A stretch of 64,000 bases of DNA from Rubripirellula sp. (GCA_965216875.1 OZ244207.1:1568001-1632000), one strand, 5' to 3'. Positions 49,131-59,394 are shown, numbered from the stretch's first letter. Program-made: numbers and translations. Notes: a model not told the origin generated them from the letters alone.

Positions 49131-50159
49131 ATGCGTTTGTTGTTCTTTGCCTTTCTCGTTGCACTGTTTGTTGCGCCGCTTCAGGCCATTGAGCCACAGA
49201 AGGTCGATGTATCGAAAACGGTCTTCTATCCCCAACGCTGGAAGGCGGCGGAGATCGATTTCGAGATGTTGGCTTGGCAAGGCGACAAGGTCACGCTTTT
49301 GACCAAGCAGGGTGAATATGATCGCGAAAAGCTCACTGCATTTGTCAGTGTGCTCGATCAAGGCTGGAAGACCCAGCTTGACCTCGTCGGTGTTGCCCCG
49401 CGGACGTTTCGGCAGCTTGACGGGCGTGCAACGATCTGTGCGTTACCTCAAGCGAATTTGTCTTGCGGGTATGGCTGTGGTTATGTCGGCGCCACAGGGA
49501 TTGAGGTAGCAGGTTTCTACAACAAGGATTGGCCAAACTTCCAATCCGACCCGAAGAGTTTTGCCCACTATTATTTTTACGAGATGGGGCGAAACTACTT
49601 TGTCTTCGGCGATCGGCATTCGCTCTTTACGACCGGGTACGCGGTCTTCATTCGCTACGTCTGCATGGACAAAGTCGGAGTGATGGACCGCGATCTGAAG
49701 ACTCGCGAAACGATCGAGAGCTGTGAGCAGATCTATGCCGATTCGGAGGTCAAGTTCTATGACGCCTTCACGAATCTCGGTACAGGCGAAAAGCGAAACC
49801 GCCTCAAAGATGCAAGTGGACGCACCATCGCGCCAAGTGACCAGCCGGTGATGTATGCGACCGCCATGTTGAAATTGCGCCGCGACCACGGGGGGGACCA
49901 ATGGACCAAATCGTTCTTGCACCATTTGCGTAGTTGTCGACCGTACAAAGCCCGCACCATCGAAGAGGCGGACGGCCAGTGCATGAATTGGCTCGTCTGT
50001 GCCTCGGCGGCAGCGGGCGAGAATCTGTGTGGCGTGTTTGTCGACCGCTGGCGGATGCCGCTGTCCGACAAGCAACGCGAGATCATGGAGTCGATCGATT
50101 GGGAAAAGGTCGACGTTCCAGCGACCGTCGACCGGTTGCTCGCCGCGAGCGGTTCGTAG
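49131..50159 (+). CDS. Exported hypothetical protein, possibly a degenerate zincin fold
   Basis: Signal peptide; YYFYEMGRNY at a position resembling HExxH. Confidence 0.65.
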   Translation: MRLLFFAFLVALFVAPLQAIEPQKVDVSKTVFYPQRWKAAEIDFEMLAWQGDKVTLLTKQGEYDREKLTAFVSVLDQGWKTQLDLVGVAPRTFRQLDGRATICALPQANLSCGYGCGYVGATGIEVAGFYNKDWPNFQSDPKSFAHYYFYEMGRNYFVFGDRHSLFTTGYAVFIRYVCMDKVGVMDRDLKTRETIESCEQIYADSEVKFYDAFTNLGTGEKRNRLKDASGRTIAPSDQPVMYATAMLKLRRDHGGDQWTKSFLHHLRSCRPYKARTIEEADGQCMNWLVCASAAAGENLCGVFVDRWRMPLSDKQREIMESIDWEKVDVPATVDRLLAASGS

Positions 50160-50170
50160 TCGGAACCCGC

Positions 50171-50374
50171 GTGAGCCGTCGGCCGTGAGGCCTCAGGCCT
50201 TGATCACGCAACAGAGTGTAGGGCCCGATGCTAGCGCGTTCGGCTCACAGGGAATCACAATTCGTAGCTACCTTCGCCAGAAGGTGGTTCGCTATGCAGG
50301 ATCGGTCCCTGCCAACCCACGCTCTGGCGAACGTAGCTACGAAGAGGCGTTCGTCGTACCGCCTTCAGGCGGAA
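50171..50374. repeat. Cluster of three REP-like elements
   Basis: GTGAGCCG...CGGCTCAC (50171-50248); CGTAGCTACCTTCGCCAGA...TCTGGCGAACGTAGCTACG (50263-50341); GTACCGCCTTCAGGCGG (about 50356-50372). Confidence 0.75.
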
Positions 50375-50387
50375 TGGGCTAATGGGA

Positions 50388-51584
50388 CTACAAACCGGTC
50401 GCGTCTCCGATCGAATCCTTGTGCTGGGTTCGATAGCGCCCGGGTGTCAGTCCCGTTTCTCGTTTGAAGACGGCACTGAGCCGCTCTTTGTGTGAGTAGC
50501 CTGCGATGGGAGTGATCGCTTCGAGGGTGAGCTCGGTTTCTCGAAGGAGCTGTTTCACCTTGGCGACTTGCGTCGCTGTGATCTCGTCATGCGGCGTTCG
50601 GCCGAGGTGTTCCCGAAATCGACGTTCGAGTTGACGGCGCGAAAGCTTACTGAACTGCACGACGTCACCAACATCGATACCTTCACAGGCTTGTTGTCGG
50701 ATGAAGCGGCACGCTGCAGCGACTTCGCGATCTTCGACCGCGGTGACTTGAGTTGACAATCGCTGCACGACACCGCTCGGCAGAACCTGTGGGACCGATT
50801 CGGGTGCCGGTTGACCATTCATCATTTGGTCGAGCGTTTCGGCTGCGACGTAACCGATCCGTTCGGCGTTGGGGCGTACGCTCGAAAGCGGCGGGTCACT
50901 GAGAGGGCAGATCGTGTCGTCATCATCCACGCCAACAACGCCGATATCGTCTGGCACCGAGATGGCAAGGTTTCGACACGCGTTCAAGACCTGTTGCCCA
51001 CGAATGTCATTGCAGACCAACATGCCAGTGGGGCGTTGTTGCTCCGTCAGCCATTGCGAGAGCTGTTCTTGGTCGGCGAATCCGGCTCGTTCGATACTGG
51101 TGAGTGAAGCGCGCGAGTCGCTGTCCGTTTCGTAGACTGAAAGTGGGCATCCGGCAGCCTGGACGATTTGACGAAAGGGTTCGAGGCGATGGACAGAGAA
51201 GTGGGCACCTCGGTAGCCGCAGAACGCAAATCGACGAAAGCCGCACTCGTAAAGATGTTCGAACGCCAGCCTCGCGACCACGCGATCATCCGTTTCGACC
51301 TGAGGGACCGACGGATACGTTCGGCGGCATCGCACGTCGATGATGGGTACATTGAGGCTGCGAAACAGATCGATCGAATGAGCGTCGACGCGAGCGATGA
51401 TTCCGTCGACATCCGCATTTTTCAACCAATCGGGTGGTTGGGCGTCGATGGTCATCTCTTCGTGCAGAAGCAGCCAATTCCCTTGGGTTCGCGAGAATCG
51501 AGCGACACCGCGCAGCAGGTTTCGCCCGTAAGATCGGGACGACTCAATGATCAACGCGACTTTGCGGCGGGGTTTCAGTTTCAT
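50388..51584 (-). CDS. XylR-type transcriptional regulator (periplasmic-binding-like sensor plus AraC HTH)
   Basis: VALIIESSRSYGRNLLRG, VPDDIGVVGVDDD, LSRRQLERRF...GRTP, FKRETGLTPGRYR. Confidence 0.9.
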   Translation of the reverse strand: MKLKPRRKVALIIESSRSYGRNLLRGVARFSRTQGNWLLLHEEMTIDAQPPDWLKNADVDGIIARVDAHSIDLFRSLNVPIIDVRCRRTYPSVPQVETDDRVVARLAFEHLYECGFRRFAFCGYRGAHFSVHRLEPFRQIVQAAGCPLSVYETDSDSRASLTSIERAGFADQEQLSQWLTEQQRPTGMLVCNDIRGQQVLNACRNLAISVPDDIGVVGVDDDDTICPLSDPPLSSVRPNAERIGYVAAETLDQMMNGQPAPESVPQVLPSGVVQRLSTQVTAVEDREVAAACRFIRQQACEGIDVGDVVQFSKLSRRQLERRFREHLGRTPHDEITATQVAKVKQLLRETELTLEAITPIAGYSHKERLSAVFKRETGLTPGRYRTQHKDSIGDATGL

Positions 51585-51612
51585 CGGTCGCAGATTTGGG
51601 GGGGGACTCGCC

Positions 51613-51645
51613 GTGACGCAAATCGTTAACGGCGGTGACGCAAAT
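51613..51645. promoter_or_regulatory. Direct repeat GTGACGCAAAT x2 with 22-bp period (candidate AraC/XylR operator)
   Basis: Perfect 11-mers at 51613-51623 and 51635-51645 in the divergent intergenic region. Confidence 0.55.
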
Positions 51646-51731
51646 GATCCTCGACTTGGACTCCATTGCCACGTATCGTATGGGAAGATCGAGTTTGATC
51701 AATCGTCGCATATCATTCAACGGGATCGTTC

Positions 51732-54700
51732 TTGATGATTGCCCTGCCGCTCGGCGGCTTGAGGACGAGGTTCATCGTGACGGCATTGATGCTGTCGAGC
51801 TTGTCCACAACGCTTGCTGCCGACACCCCGCCTACCTCCGAACAACTTGAGTACTTTGAAAGGCAGGTTCGTCCGCTTTTGGTCGACCACTGCTACAGCT
51901 GCCATAGCGCGGATGCGAAGAAGCTTCAAGCGAGTCTTTATGTTGACAGTCGCGCTGCGTTATTGCGCGGCGGTGATTCTGGCGAGGCGATCGTTCCCGG
52001 CGATGTCGATGGCAGTCTGTTCATGGAAGCGGTTCGGTACGAGTCGTACGAGATGCCGCCCAAGGGCAAGCTGTCAGATGCGCAGATCGATGTTTTCGCC
52101 AAGTGGATCGAAATGGGGGCGCCCTGGCCGGCTGGTGAAGAAAGCGAAGCGGCCAATCAGCCCGAGTTTGATCTTCGCCAGCGTGCAAAAGACCATTGGG
52201 TTTGGCAGCCGATCGACAATCCAACGGTACCTGAGGTCGCCGATGACCGATGGCCGAAGAACGCTATTGACCGTTTTATTCTTTCCGACCTCGAGGGTAA
52301 CGGTTTGGCGCCTGCAGGAGATGCCGAACACCTAGCTATCTTGCGGCGCCTTTATCTCGACTTGATTGGTCTGCCCCCGACGGCTCAGCAGGTCGAAGCC
52401 TTCCTTGCTGATTCCTCGGGAAAGGCGATCGAGAACGTCGTCGACCAGCTTCTCGAGTCGCCACATTTCGGCGAACGTTGGGGGCGGCATTGGTTAGACC
52501 TCGTTCGCTACGCCGAGTCGCGTGGTCACGAGTTTGATAACGACACACCCAACGCGTTTCAATATCGCGACTACATCATTCGCGCGCTCAATGCGGATGT
52601 CTCGTACGACCAACTCGTACGTGAGCACTTGGCGGGGGACCTGCTTTCGAATCCGCGGTTGCATCCGACGGAAGATTTCAACGAGTCGATTCTTGGAACG
52701 GGCTTTTGGTTTTTGGGTGAATGGGTTCACTCGCCGGTCGACATTCGCAAGGACGAAGCGGATCGCTTTGACAACATGATCGACGTGATGTCGAAAACGT
52801 TTCTCGGTGTGACCGTTTCGTGTGCTCGGTGTCATGACCACAAGTTCGACGCGATTTCGACTGCCGACTATTACTCCCTTTCAGGCTTTCTGCAAAGCAG
52901 CGACTATCGCTTGGCGCGATTCGAATCGATGCAGCAAAACGGCAAGGTCGCCGATGAGATCGCCGCGGTCGATGCGAAATACCAGCAACGGATCGTTGAA
53001 CTGCTGTCGCGTCGCGGGCTTGAGTTGCCTGCCCGATCGATGCTTGACGATCCGTCGATCGTGTTTGACGCCGACTCTGTCGCCGCGGGTGATTTCCGCC
53101 AAGATGGCTACATCTTCGGCAAAGGCACGCGCAAAGCTGGCCAGGCATTTCTTACGGAAGATGGGAGCGTATCGGTAGCGACGCATTCGTCAGCGATCAA
53201 TGACCCCATTTGGCACGGTTTGGAATCGGTGACCGAGGGGCAAATGCAGGACCGCAATGCGCTCGCAAAGATCCCCACTAGTGGTCGCACATTGCGGTTG
53301 CCAACCTTCGAGCTGAAAGAAGGTCGCGTTTCGTGTTTGGTGAGCGGAGCAGGGCACATCATTGCGGTCGTCGATTCGCATCGCTTGATCAGCGGTCCAC
53401 TTCATGGCCAAACCATCCGCCAGGTCAAAGGGGGCGAGCGATGGGTGACGTTGAATCTTGGCCGTTATGTCGGTCATCGGTTGCACCTTGAATTTGTGCC
53501 CGCCAAGAACGAGCAACTCTCAGTACAGCTGGTGACTCAAGGTCTTGATGACGGCGAACTACGGGCACTCGACAAGAAAATCGAAAGCCGAGATCGCGAA
53601 TTCCGAGCTTATGCCGAAAAGGCAAGTCAGTTGTTCGCGACCCAAGTCAGCTATGACGAAGTGATGTTTGCCGACTTCGAGTCGGGGACCTACGAAGGTT
53701 GGACCGCAACCGGAAAGGCGTTCGGAAGCGGTCCGCAAACGCTTGAGACGATCCCCGACTACCAGGGAAAGATCAACCGACGCGGCAAATTTTTTGTCAA
53801 TTCACACGACACGCGCCCTGGGGGCGATATGATGCGTGGCGATGATCTCGTTGGCAAGCTGACCTCGCGTGAGTTCTTGATTGACTTTGATGAGGTCCAG
53901 TTTTTGATCGGCGGTGGCTCGCACGCGGGCAAGACGTGCATGAATCTGCTGGTCGACGGAAAAGTCGTGCGGAGTGCGACCGGTCGAAATAACAATCAAA
54001 TGTTCGTGACTCGCTGGGATGTCAGCGAGTTTCGCGGGAAGAACGCGATCCTTGAGGTGGTGGATGACCATCGCGGCGGTTGGGGCAATGTTGGCGTTGA
54101 CCATGTTGTCTTCCGCGCAAAGGTCGGGCCAACCCGTTCGGCGGACAAGGAAGCTTCAGAGCTAGCGGGTCGTTGGCATGACGAACGTCAGCGTCTGTCT
54201 CAAAAACTGAAACGCCGTTCACGAGTCGCAATGGCGATGGTGGACGGTTCCGGCGAGGACGGCCACGTCTTGATTCGCGGCAATTCATCGAAACCTGGAA
54301 AGCTTGAGCCGAGGCATTTTTTGACGGCGATCACAGGCGACGATCCAATGTCGATCGCGTCCGGAAGTGGACGGCTTGAACTCGCTGGGCAGATCAACTC
54401 GCCGACGAACCCGCTCACCAAACGCGTGATCGCCAACCGCGTTTGGCACTACTTGATGGGACGAGGGATCGTACCAACGACGGACGATTTCGGTGTATTG
54501 GGACAACGCCCCACGAACCCGGCATTGCTCGATCACTTAGCGGTTCGGTTTGATCAAGAAGGTCAAAGTATCAAGCGACTGATTCGCTACATCGTGCTTT
54601 CCCGCACCTATCAAATGACGAGCGTGGCCGGCAACAAGGGACTTGCAGCTGATCCGAAGAACTTGCTGTGGCACTATCGACCGCCCAAGCGGCTCGAAGG

Positions 54701-55211
54701 CGAAGTGATTCGCGACCAACTTCTACAGTTATCGGGGGAACTCGATTCGAAGATGTTCGGACCGGCCGTGCCGATTCACTTGACCGATTTCATGACCGGA
54801 CGTGGACGTCCTGGTAAGAGCGGTCCGCTCGATGGCGCCGGTCGACGCTCGATCTATGTCAGTGTGCGTCGCAACTTTTTGTCGCCGTTCATGTTGGCTT
54901 TTGACACGCCGGTTCCGTTCAGCACGATGGGGCGCCGCAACGTTTCGAATGTCCCCTCACAAGCGTTGATCTTGATGAATGATCCCTTCGTCAGTCAGCA
55001 GGCCAAGGGGTGGGCGAGTCGAGTGCTTGATCAGCATTCCGATCAACGCAATCGAATCGAGTCGATGTATTTGGACGCGTTCGGACGCAAGCCGACGGAT
55101 TCCGAATGGACCGTTGCCAACGGATACATCGGTGGTTCGAGCGAACTTGATGTGTGGGCCGACTTTGCCCACGCTCTGATCAACACCAAAGAATTCATTT
55201 TTGTTAGGTGA
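51732..55211 (+). CDS. Planctomycete cytochrome c plus DUF1549 (PSCyt2) plus DUF1553 (PSD1) protein
   Basis: CYSCH, HFGERWGRHWLDLVRYAES, CARCHDHKFD, RVIANRVWHYLMGRGIV, RRSIY, NVPSQALILMN. Confidence 0.9.
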   Translation: MMIALPLGGLRTRFIVTALMLSSLSTTLAADTPPTSEQLEYFERQVRPLLVDHCYSCHSADAKKLQASLYVDSRAALLRGGDSGEAIVPGDVDGSLFMEAVRYESYEMPPKGKLSDAQIDVFAKWIEMGAPWPAGEESEAANQPEFDLRQRAKDHWVWQPIDNPTVPEVADDRWPKNAIDRFILSDLEGNGLAPAGDAEHLAILRRLYLDLIGLPPTAQQVEAFLADSSGKAIENVVDQLLESPHFGERWGRHWLDLVRYAESRGHEFDNDTPNAFQYRDYIIRALNADVSYDQLVREHLAGDLLSNPRLHPTEDFNESILGTGFWFLGEWVHSPVDIRKDEADRFDNMIDVMSKTFLGVTVSCARCHDHKFDAISTADYYSLSGFLQSSDYRLARFESMQQNGKVADEIAAVDAKYQQRIVELLSRRGLELPARSMLDDPSIVFDADSVAAGDFRQDGYIFGKGTRKAGQAFLTEDGSVSVATHSSAINDPIWHGLESVTEGQMQDRNALAKIPTSGRTLRLPTFELKEGRVSCLVSGAGHIIAVVDSHRLISGPLHGQTIRQVKGGERWVTLNLGRYVGHRLHLEFVPAKNEQLSVQLVTQGLDDGELRALDKKIESRDREFRAYAEKASQLFATQVSYDEVMFADFESGTYEGWTATGKAFGSGPQTLETIPDYQGKINRRGKFFVNSHDTRPGGDMMRGDDLVGKLTSREFLIDFDEVQFLIGGGSHAGKTCMNLLVDGKVVRSATGRNNNQMFVTRWDVSEFRGKNAILEVVDDHRGGWGNVGVDHVVFRAKVGPTRSADKEASELAGRWHDERQRLSQKLKRRSRVAMAMVDGSGEDGHVLIRGNSSKPGKLEPRHFLTAITGDDPMSIASGSGRLELAGQINSPTNPLTKRVIANRVWHYLMGRGIVPTTDDFGVLGQRPTNPALLDHLAVRFDQEGQSIKRLIRYIVLSRTYQMTSVAGNKGLAADPKNLLWHYRPPKRLEGEVIRDQLLQLSGELDSKMFGPAVPIHLTDFMTGRGRPGKSGPLDGAGRRSIYVSVRRNFLSPFMLAFDTPVPFSTMGRRNVSNVPSQALILMNDPFVSQQAKGWASRVLDQHSDQRNRIESMYLDAFGRKPTDSEWTVANGYIGGSSELDVWADFAHALINTKEFIFVR

Positions 55212-56659
55212 GCTTGCACGTGCACAACCCATTTCCATGTCAACGTTACCAAACGGCTCCGCTTTCGCGTCGCGAGATGTTGCGTCGCAGTGCAAGTGGG
55301 TTTGGTGCGGTTGCACTTGCGGCACTCGCGCGCGACCGTGCGTTCGCTGGATCAAGCGACGAGGGGTTTGCCGGTCACGGTCCGCATCACAAAGTGCGAG
55401 CCAAGAACGTCATCTTTCTGTATATGGACGGTGGGCCGTCTCAGGTTGACACGTTTGATCCCAAGCCGTTGTTGACCAAGTACGACGGCAAGGATCCAGG
55501 GAGCCTTTTCAAGGTTGAGCCAACGCAGTTCGATAACAACGGCAAGGTGTTGCGAAGTCCGTGGGAGTTCAAGCCATACGGTGAGTCCGGCATCCCTGTC
55601 AGTTCGCTGTTTCCACATGTTGCCGAGTGCGTTGACGAGCTTGCCGTCGTGCGCTCGATGGTTTCGGAGTTCCCAGAACACACGTTTGCGAACTACTTCC
55701 TTCACACCGGCAGCGGTTTGCAGGGGCGGCCAAGTATGGGGGCTTGGGTGAACTATGGTTTGGGGAGCGTCAACCAGAACCTGCCCGGTTTTGTTGTGCT
55801 CAATGGCGGCTTGATCCCACCCGGCGGTCTCGATTGTTTCGGTAGCGGCTTTTTGCCAGCGAGTTATCAGGGAAGCGTTTTCAAGCCGTCGGGGACGGGC
55901 GTTGCCAACATCAAGCCGCTCGAGTCGAGTGCCGAGCGACAGCGGAACAAGCTTGATTTGGTGCGTCAGCTCGATGGTTTTGCAGAGATGCAATTTGGCA
56001 AGCACGACGCACTTGAGTCAGCGATCCGCAACTATGAACTTGCCTATGCGATGCAGATGGAAGTTCCTGAGGTGATGTCGCTCGAGGATGAATCGGCGCA
56101 AACGAAAGAGATGTATGGTTTGAACGCTGAATATGGCGCGACGAAGACGTACGCAGCTCAATGTTTGATCGCGCGTCGTATGATCGAAAGTGGTGTTCGG
56201 TTTATCGAGTTGACTTGTCCGTCGGTGGGCGGCGATCGCTGGGATCAACACAATAATCTGAAGCAAGGTCATGAGAACAATGCTCGTGCCGTCGACCAGC
56301 CGATCGCGGCCCTGTTGAAAGATCTGCGGCAACGCGGGTTGCTTGACGAAACGCTTGTTGTTTGGGCAGGCGAGTTCGGACGCACGCCCTTTGCGCAAGG
56401 CAAGAACGGCCGCGATCACAATCAGTTTGGTTTCACGATCTGGATGGCGGGCGGCGGCGTCAAAGGGGGCACGGTCTACGGCGCAACCGACGAATTCGGC
56501 TACAAAGCGATCGAAAACCGGCTCGAAATCCACGACCTGCACGCAACGATGTTGCACTTGATGGGAGTCGACCACACACGCAGTACGTTTCGATTTGGTG
56601 GCCGCGACATGCGATTGACGGATGTCAAAGGTCACGTGATTCACGATTTGGTCGCTTAA
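55208..56659 (+). CDS. DUF1501 domain protein with Tat signal
   Basis: SRREMLR Tat motif, FLYMDGGPSQVDTFDPKP, WDQH, GEFGRTP, GRDH, HDLHAT; 4-nt overlap with the previous gene. Confidence 0.9.
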   Translation: MSLHVHNPFPCQRYQTAPLSRREMLRRSASGFGAVALAALARDRAFAGSSDEGFAGHGPHHKVRAKNVIFLYMDGGPSQVDTFDPKPLLTKYDGKDPGSLFKVEPTQFDNNGKVLRSPWEFKPYGESGIPVSSLFPHVAECVDELAVVRSMVSEFPEHTFANYFLHTGSGLQGRPSMGAWVNYGLGSVNQNLPGFVVLNGGLIPPGGLDCFGSGFLPASYQGSVFKPSGTGVANIKPLESSAERQRNKLDLVRQLDGFAEMQFGKHDALESAIRNYELAYAMQMEVPEVMSLEDESAQTKEMYGLNAEYGATKTYAAQCLIARRMIESGVRFIELTCPSVGGDRWDQHNNLKQGHENNARAVDQPIAALLKDLRQRGLLDETLVVWAGEFGRTPFAQGKNGRDHNQFGFTIWMAGGGVKGGTVYGATDEFGYKAIENRLEIHDLHATMLHLMGVDHTRSTFRFGGRDMRLTDVKGHVIHDLVA

Positions 56660-56668
56660 CCGAATTGG

Positions 56669-57346
56669 CTACGCGAAGTCTCGAAGCAGCTTCTCGGGGA
56701 CTCCGATCCCAATCACCTCGATGTCTCCGAGCCACGGTTTTGCGGCGGCTGCGGCAAAGCCGATTTTCGACGCCACAAAGGTCAAGGTTAGCTCAGCGTG
56801 AAAGGTTGGATCGGCAGCCGATCCGGTATCGCAATCCAACCCCGACGGAATGTCGATCGCGACGCGATTTGCATCGCTGTGGTTTGTGATGTGGATTGCT
56901 TCCGCATAAAGACCGCGCGGTGCGCCTTTTGCACCGGTTCCCAGTAAGCAGTCGACGATGACATCGGCTCCCGAAACTGCGTTCTTGATCTCTGCTTCGC
57001 AGGTTGCAACGGAAATCGGAATCTCGGCTTGTCGAGCGATGGTGGCGTTGGTGGCGGCATCGCCTGTGAGTTTGTCTTGGGGAACGAGCGAGACGATTTT
57101 CACATTGTGGCCTTTCAGTTGCAGATGCCTGCCAATCACATAACCATCGCCGCCGTTGTTTCCCGGCCCACAAAGCAGCGTGACTCGCGCGGTATGCCAG
57201 TGAAGATCGATTGCCTCGGCGGCCCCGCGACCAGCGTTCTCCATCAAGACAATGCCGGGGATCTTGTATTGGTCGATCGCAATTCGGTCGACGCTGCGAA
57301 CTTGATCGCGGGAGAGCGGTGGCAATTTGAGGTTGGGAGTACGCAT
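56669..57346 (-). CDS. nnrE: NAD(P)H-hydrate epimerase (YjeF N-terminal domain)
   Basis: LMENAGRG, CGPGNNGGDG, VDCLLGTG, AIDIPSG. Confidence 0.92.
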   Translation of the reverse strand: MRTPNLKLPPLSRDQVRSVDRIAIDQYKIPGIVLMENAGRGAAEAIDLHWHTARVTLLCGPGNNGGDGYVIGRHLQLKGHNVKIVSLVPQDKLTGDAATNATIARQAEIPISVATCEAEIKNAVSGADVIVDCLLGTGAKGAPRGLYAEAIHITNHSDANRVAIDIPSGLDCDTGSAADPTFHAELTLTFVASKIGFAAAAAKPWLGDIEVIGIGVPEKLLRDFA

Positions 57347-57413
57347 CGGCTGGCAAAACTCTGGGGCGAAGCAATAATGGAAGACAAGACCTTATCGAAA
57401 CACGGAATCAATC

Positions 57414-57647
57414 ATGCCGCTTTACGAATACGAATGCCAGTCCTGTCACGCCGTCACGGAGGCTTTGATTCGCAACGACGACGAGCACAAGGAACAAGAG
57501 TCGGACGCTTGCCCGTCGTGCGGAAAGAAAAAGCTCTCGCGGACGCTTAGCGTGACCGCCAGTCCAGCGATGAAGGGCGGTGGTTTGCCGATGGCAAGCG
57601 AGGGTTGCGGTGCGCCACGCTGTTGTGGTGGCGGCTGCGACATGTAG
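57414..57647 (+). CDS. FmdB-family zinc-ribbon protein
   Basis: MPLYEYECQSC...CPSCG...CGAPRCCGGGC. Confidence 0.85.
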   Translation: MPLYEYECQSCHAVTEALIRNDDEHKEQESDACPSCGKKKLSRTLSVTASPAMKGGGLPMASEGCGAPRCCGGGCDM

Positions 57648-57662
57648 CGTCGTGCAACCGCG

Positions 57663-59129
57663 CTAAACCGAACCGTCGCGTGTTCGGGCAGGCTGGCTGC
57701 GGTTGATGTCGTTTTCCATCGGGGGTGCGTTGGTGACGTGCCCAATGGAATAGGCGAGGCGACCAATCATCGCAAAATAGATGAAGGTTGCCGCGATGCT
57801 CAGGAAGATCGTGATGATCGCGGAAATCTGAATGTTCGCCAAAGCGGTGATGAACATGAACATCAGGAACAGGCCGACGAAGAGCATTCCGGATGAGAAG
57901 TAGAAACCGCCCCAGGCTTCTTCGCACTTGGTGAAGCTTCGTGCGACTTCTGCCGAGAAGGGAATGAAGGGACTTTGCATGTCCAACATCGACAGCAGAA
58001 CGATCGGGAACAAGCTGTAGATCGAGAACATCGTCAAGCCGACGCCGATCAAGCTGCCCTTGAAAATGAACTGCGTAATCACGAGTGCTGGCACCGCAGC
58101 GACAAACGCTGCGGAGAATACGCCGAACAACTGTGAAATCCAGCCATAGACGTCAAAGACTGGCCATTCCGAAACGGTGTCTTCTTCGTTGGCAACCGAT
58201 TGCAGGATCGCAAATCCGCAACTGACCACGATCGTGCCAAGGAAGAATCCGGCGGGGAATAGGCCTAGCATCAAGATGGGCGATTCAAATCCCAACGCAA
58301 AATAGGTTGGCAAGCCCGCAAAAGTACTCAGGATTAGCCAATGGGCTAACACGCCGGGGTCAAGAAAAATCCCGAAGACGCGCGACGCCCATTCCTTCAC
58401 GCTTGGCGTGTCGGTGTAGATCGCGTCGTCATTGTCGTCATCTTCGCGGGCGGCTTCTTCGAGCAAATCGTCCGCCGAACGTTGAAAGGGATCCTTGCGT
58501 TCGGCGGCGTCGCGCGCTTCAAGGGCGAAGGTTTGCGCATCTTCCGGATCGAGGTCAGGTTTTGTTTTCTCTTTGGGCGGCGGTGGCACGATGATGGGTG
58601 AATGGCAATCAGAGCACTTGATCGTTGCACCGGTTTGAGCTGGCTTGACGTAGGTGAACGTTCCACAAAGGTGGCAGCGGACTCGGTACTCGCTTGATGT
58701 TCGAGCCGGTTTTGCGGGGGTGGCGGGACGAGCGGGAGCGGGGCCACCCATCATCGCTGCCATGCCCGAGGACTGTGGTGGTGGCGGCTCGAGCGGTTTC
58801 GCAGCCGGCGGTGGTGCATCAATCTCGGCGGTGAATTCGTCGAGATCCTGGGTAAACTCTGACAGAACCGCTTGGTCCTCGGCGCTCAAATTGGGGGCGG
58901 CTGGTGGTGGATTGGTCGGCGTACCGGTTGGAGCGGCGGGCTGCGCAGGATTTGGTTGGGCTGGTTCATCTTTGAGCGTCAGCCAGTCGTCATCGTCGTT
59001 TTTTGACGTGGCGACACCTGGTGCAACAAACGCCTGATCACAGTGTGGGCACTGCACGCGTTGGCCAGCCGCACTTTCGTCGACGGTGACCGATCCATTG
59101 CATCGTGGACACTGAAGCGATTGTGGCAT
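57663..59129 (-). CDS. Double zinc-finger plus multi-TM hypothetical protein
   Basis: CPRC..CPHC and CHLC..CSDC knuckles, Pro-rich linkers, about 6 TM helices at the C-terminus. Confidence 0.75.
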   Translation of the reverse strand: MPQSLQCPRCNGSVTVDESAAGQRVQCPHCDQAFVAPGVATSKNDDDDWLTLKDEPAQPNPAQPAAPTGTPTNPPPAAPNLSAEDQAVLSEFTQDLDEFTAEIDAPPPAAKPLEPPPPQSSGMAAMMGGPAPARPATPAKPARTSSEYRVRCHLCGTFTYVKPAQTGATIKCSDCHSPIIVPPPPKEKTKPDLDPEDAQTFALEARDAAERKDPFQRSADDLLEEAAREDDDNDDAIYTDTPSVKEWASRVFGIFLDPGVLAHWLILSTFAGLPTYFALGFESPILMLGLFPAGFFLGTIVVSCGFAILQSVANEEDTVSEWPVFDVYGWISQLFGVFSAAFVAAVPALVITQFIFKGSLIGVGLTMFSIYSLFPIVLLSMLDMQSPFIPFSAEVARSFTKCEEAWGGFYFSSGMLFVGLFLMFMFITALANIQISAIITIFLSIAATFIYFAMIGRLAYSIGHVTNAPPMENDINRSQPARTRDGSV

Positions 59130-59394
59130 GACTCTCCGGCCGTGATGAGAAGTGGCGTCCTATCGTGGTGGGTGTCGGCGTGCACAACACCCATCCTCAG
59201 GATAACGGATTGGCGGCCTCCGGAAAACTTCGGGCAAATCGCCACAGGCTGTTTTTTGGCCGCGAAGTCCATGTGTCAAGCAGATTGCTGTTTCGCAAAA
59301 TCCGTGCTCCTTGTCGAATCAACCGGCGAGGGCCAAGATGTCTTTGGGGTCTCTTACTTGTCGCCGAACGCTGGCTTGTCGAAAAAACAACGAA

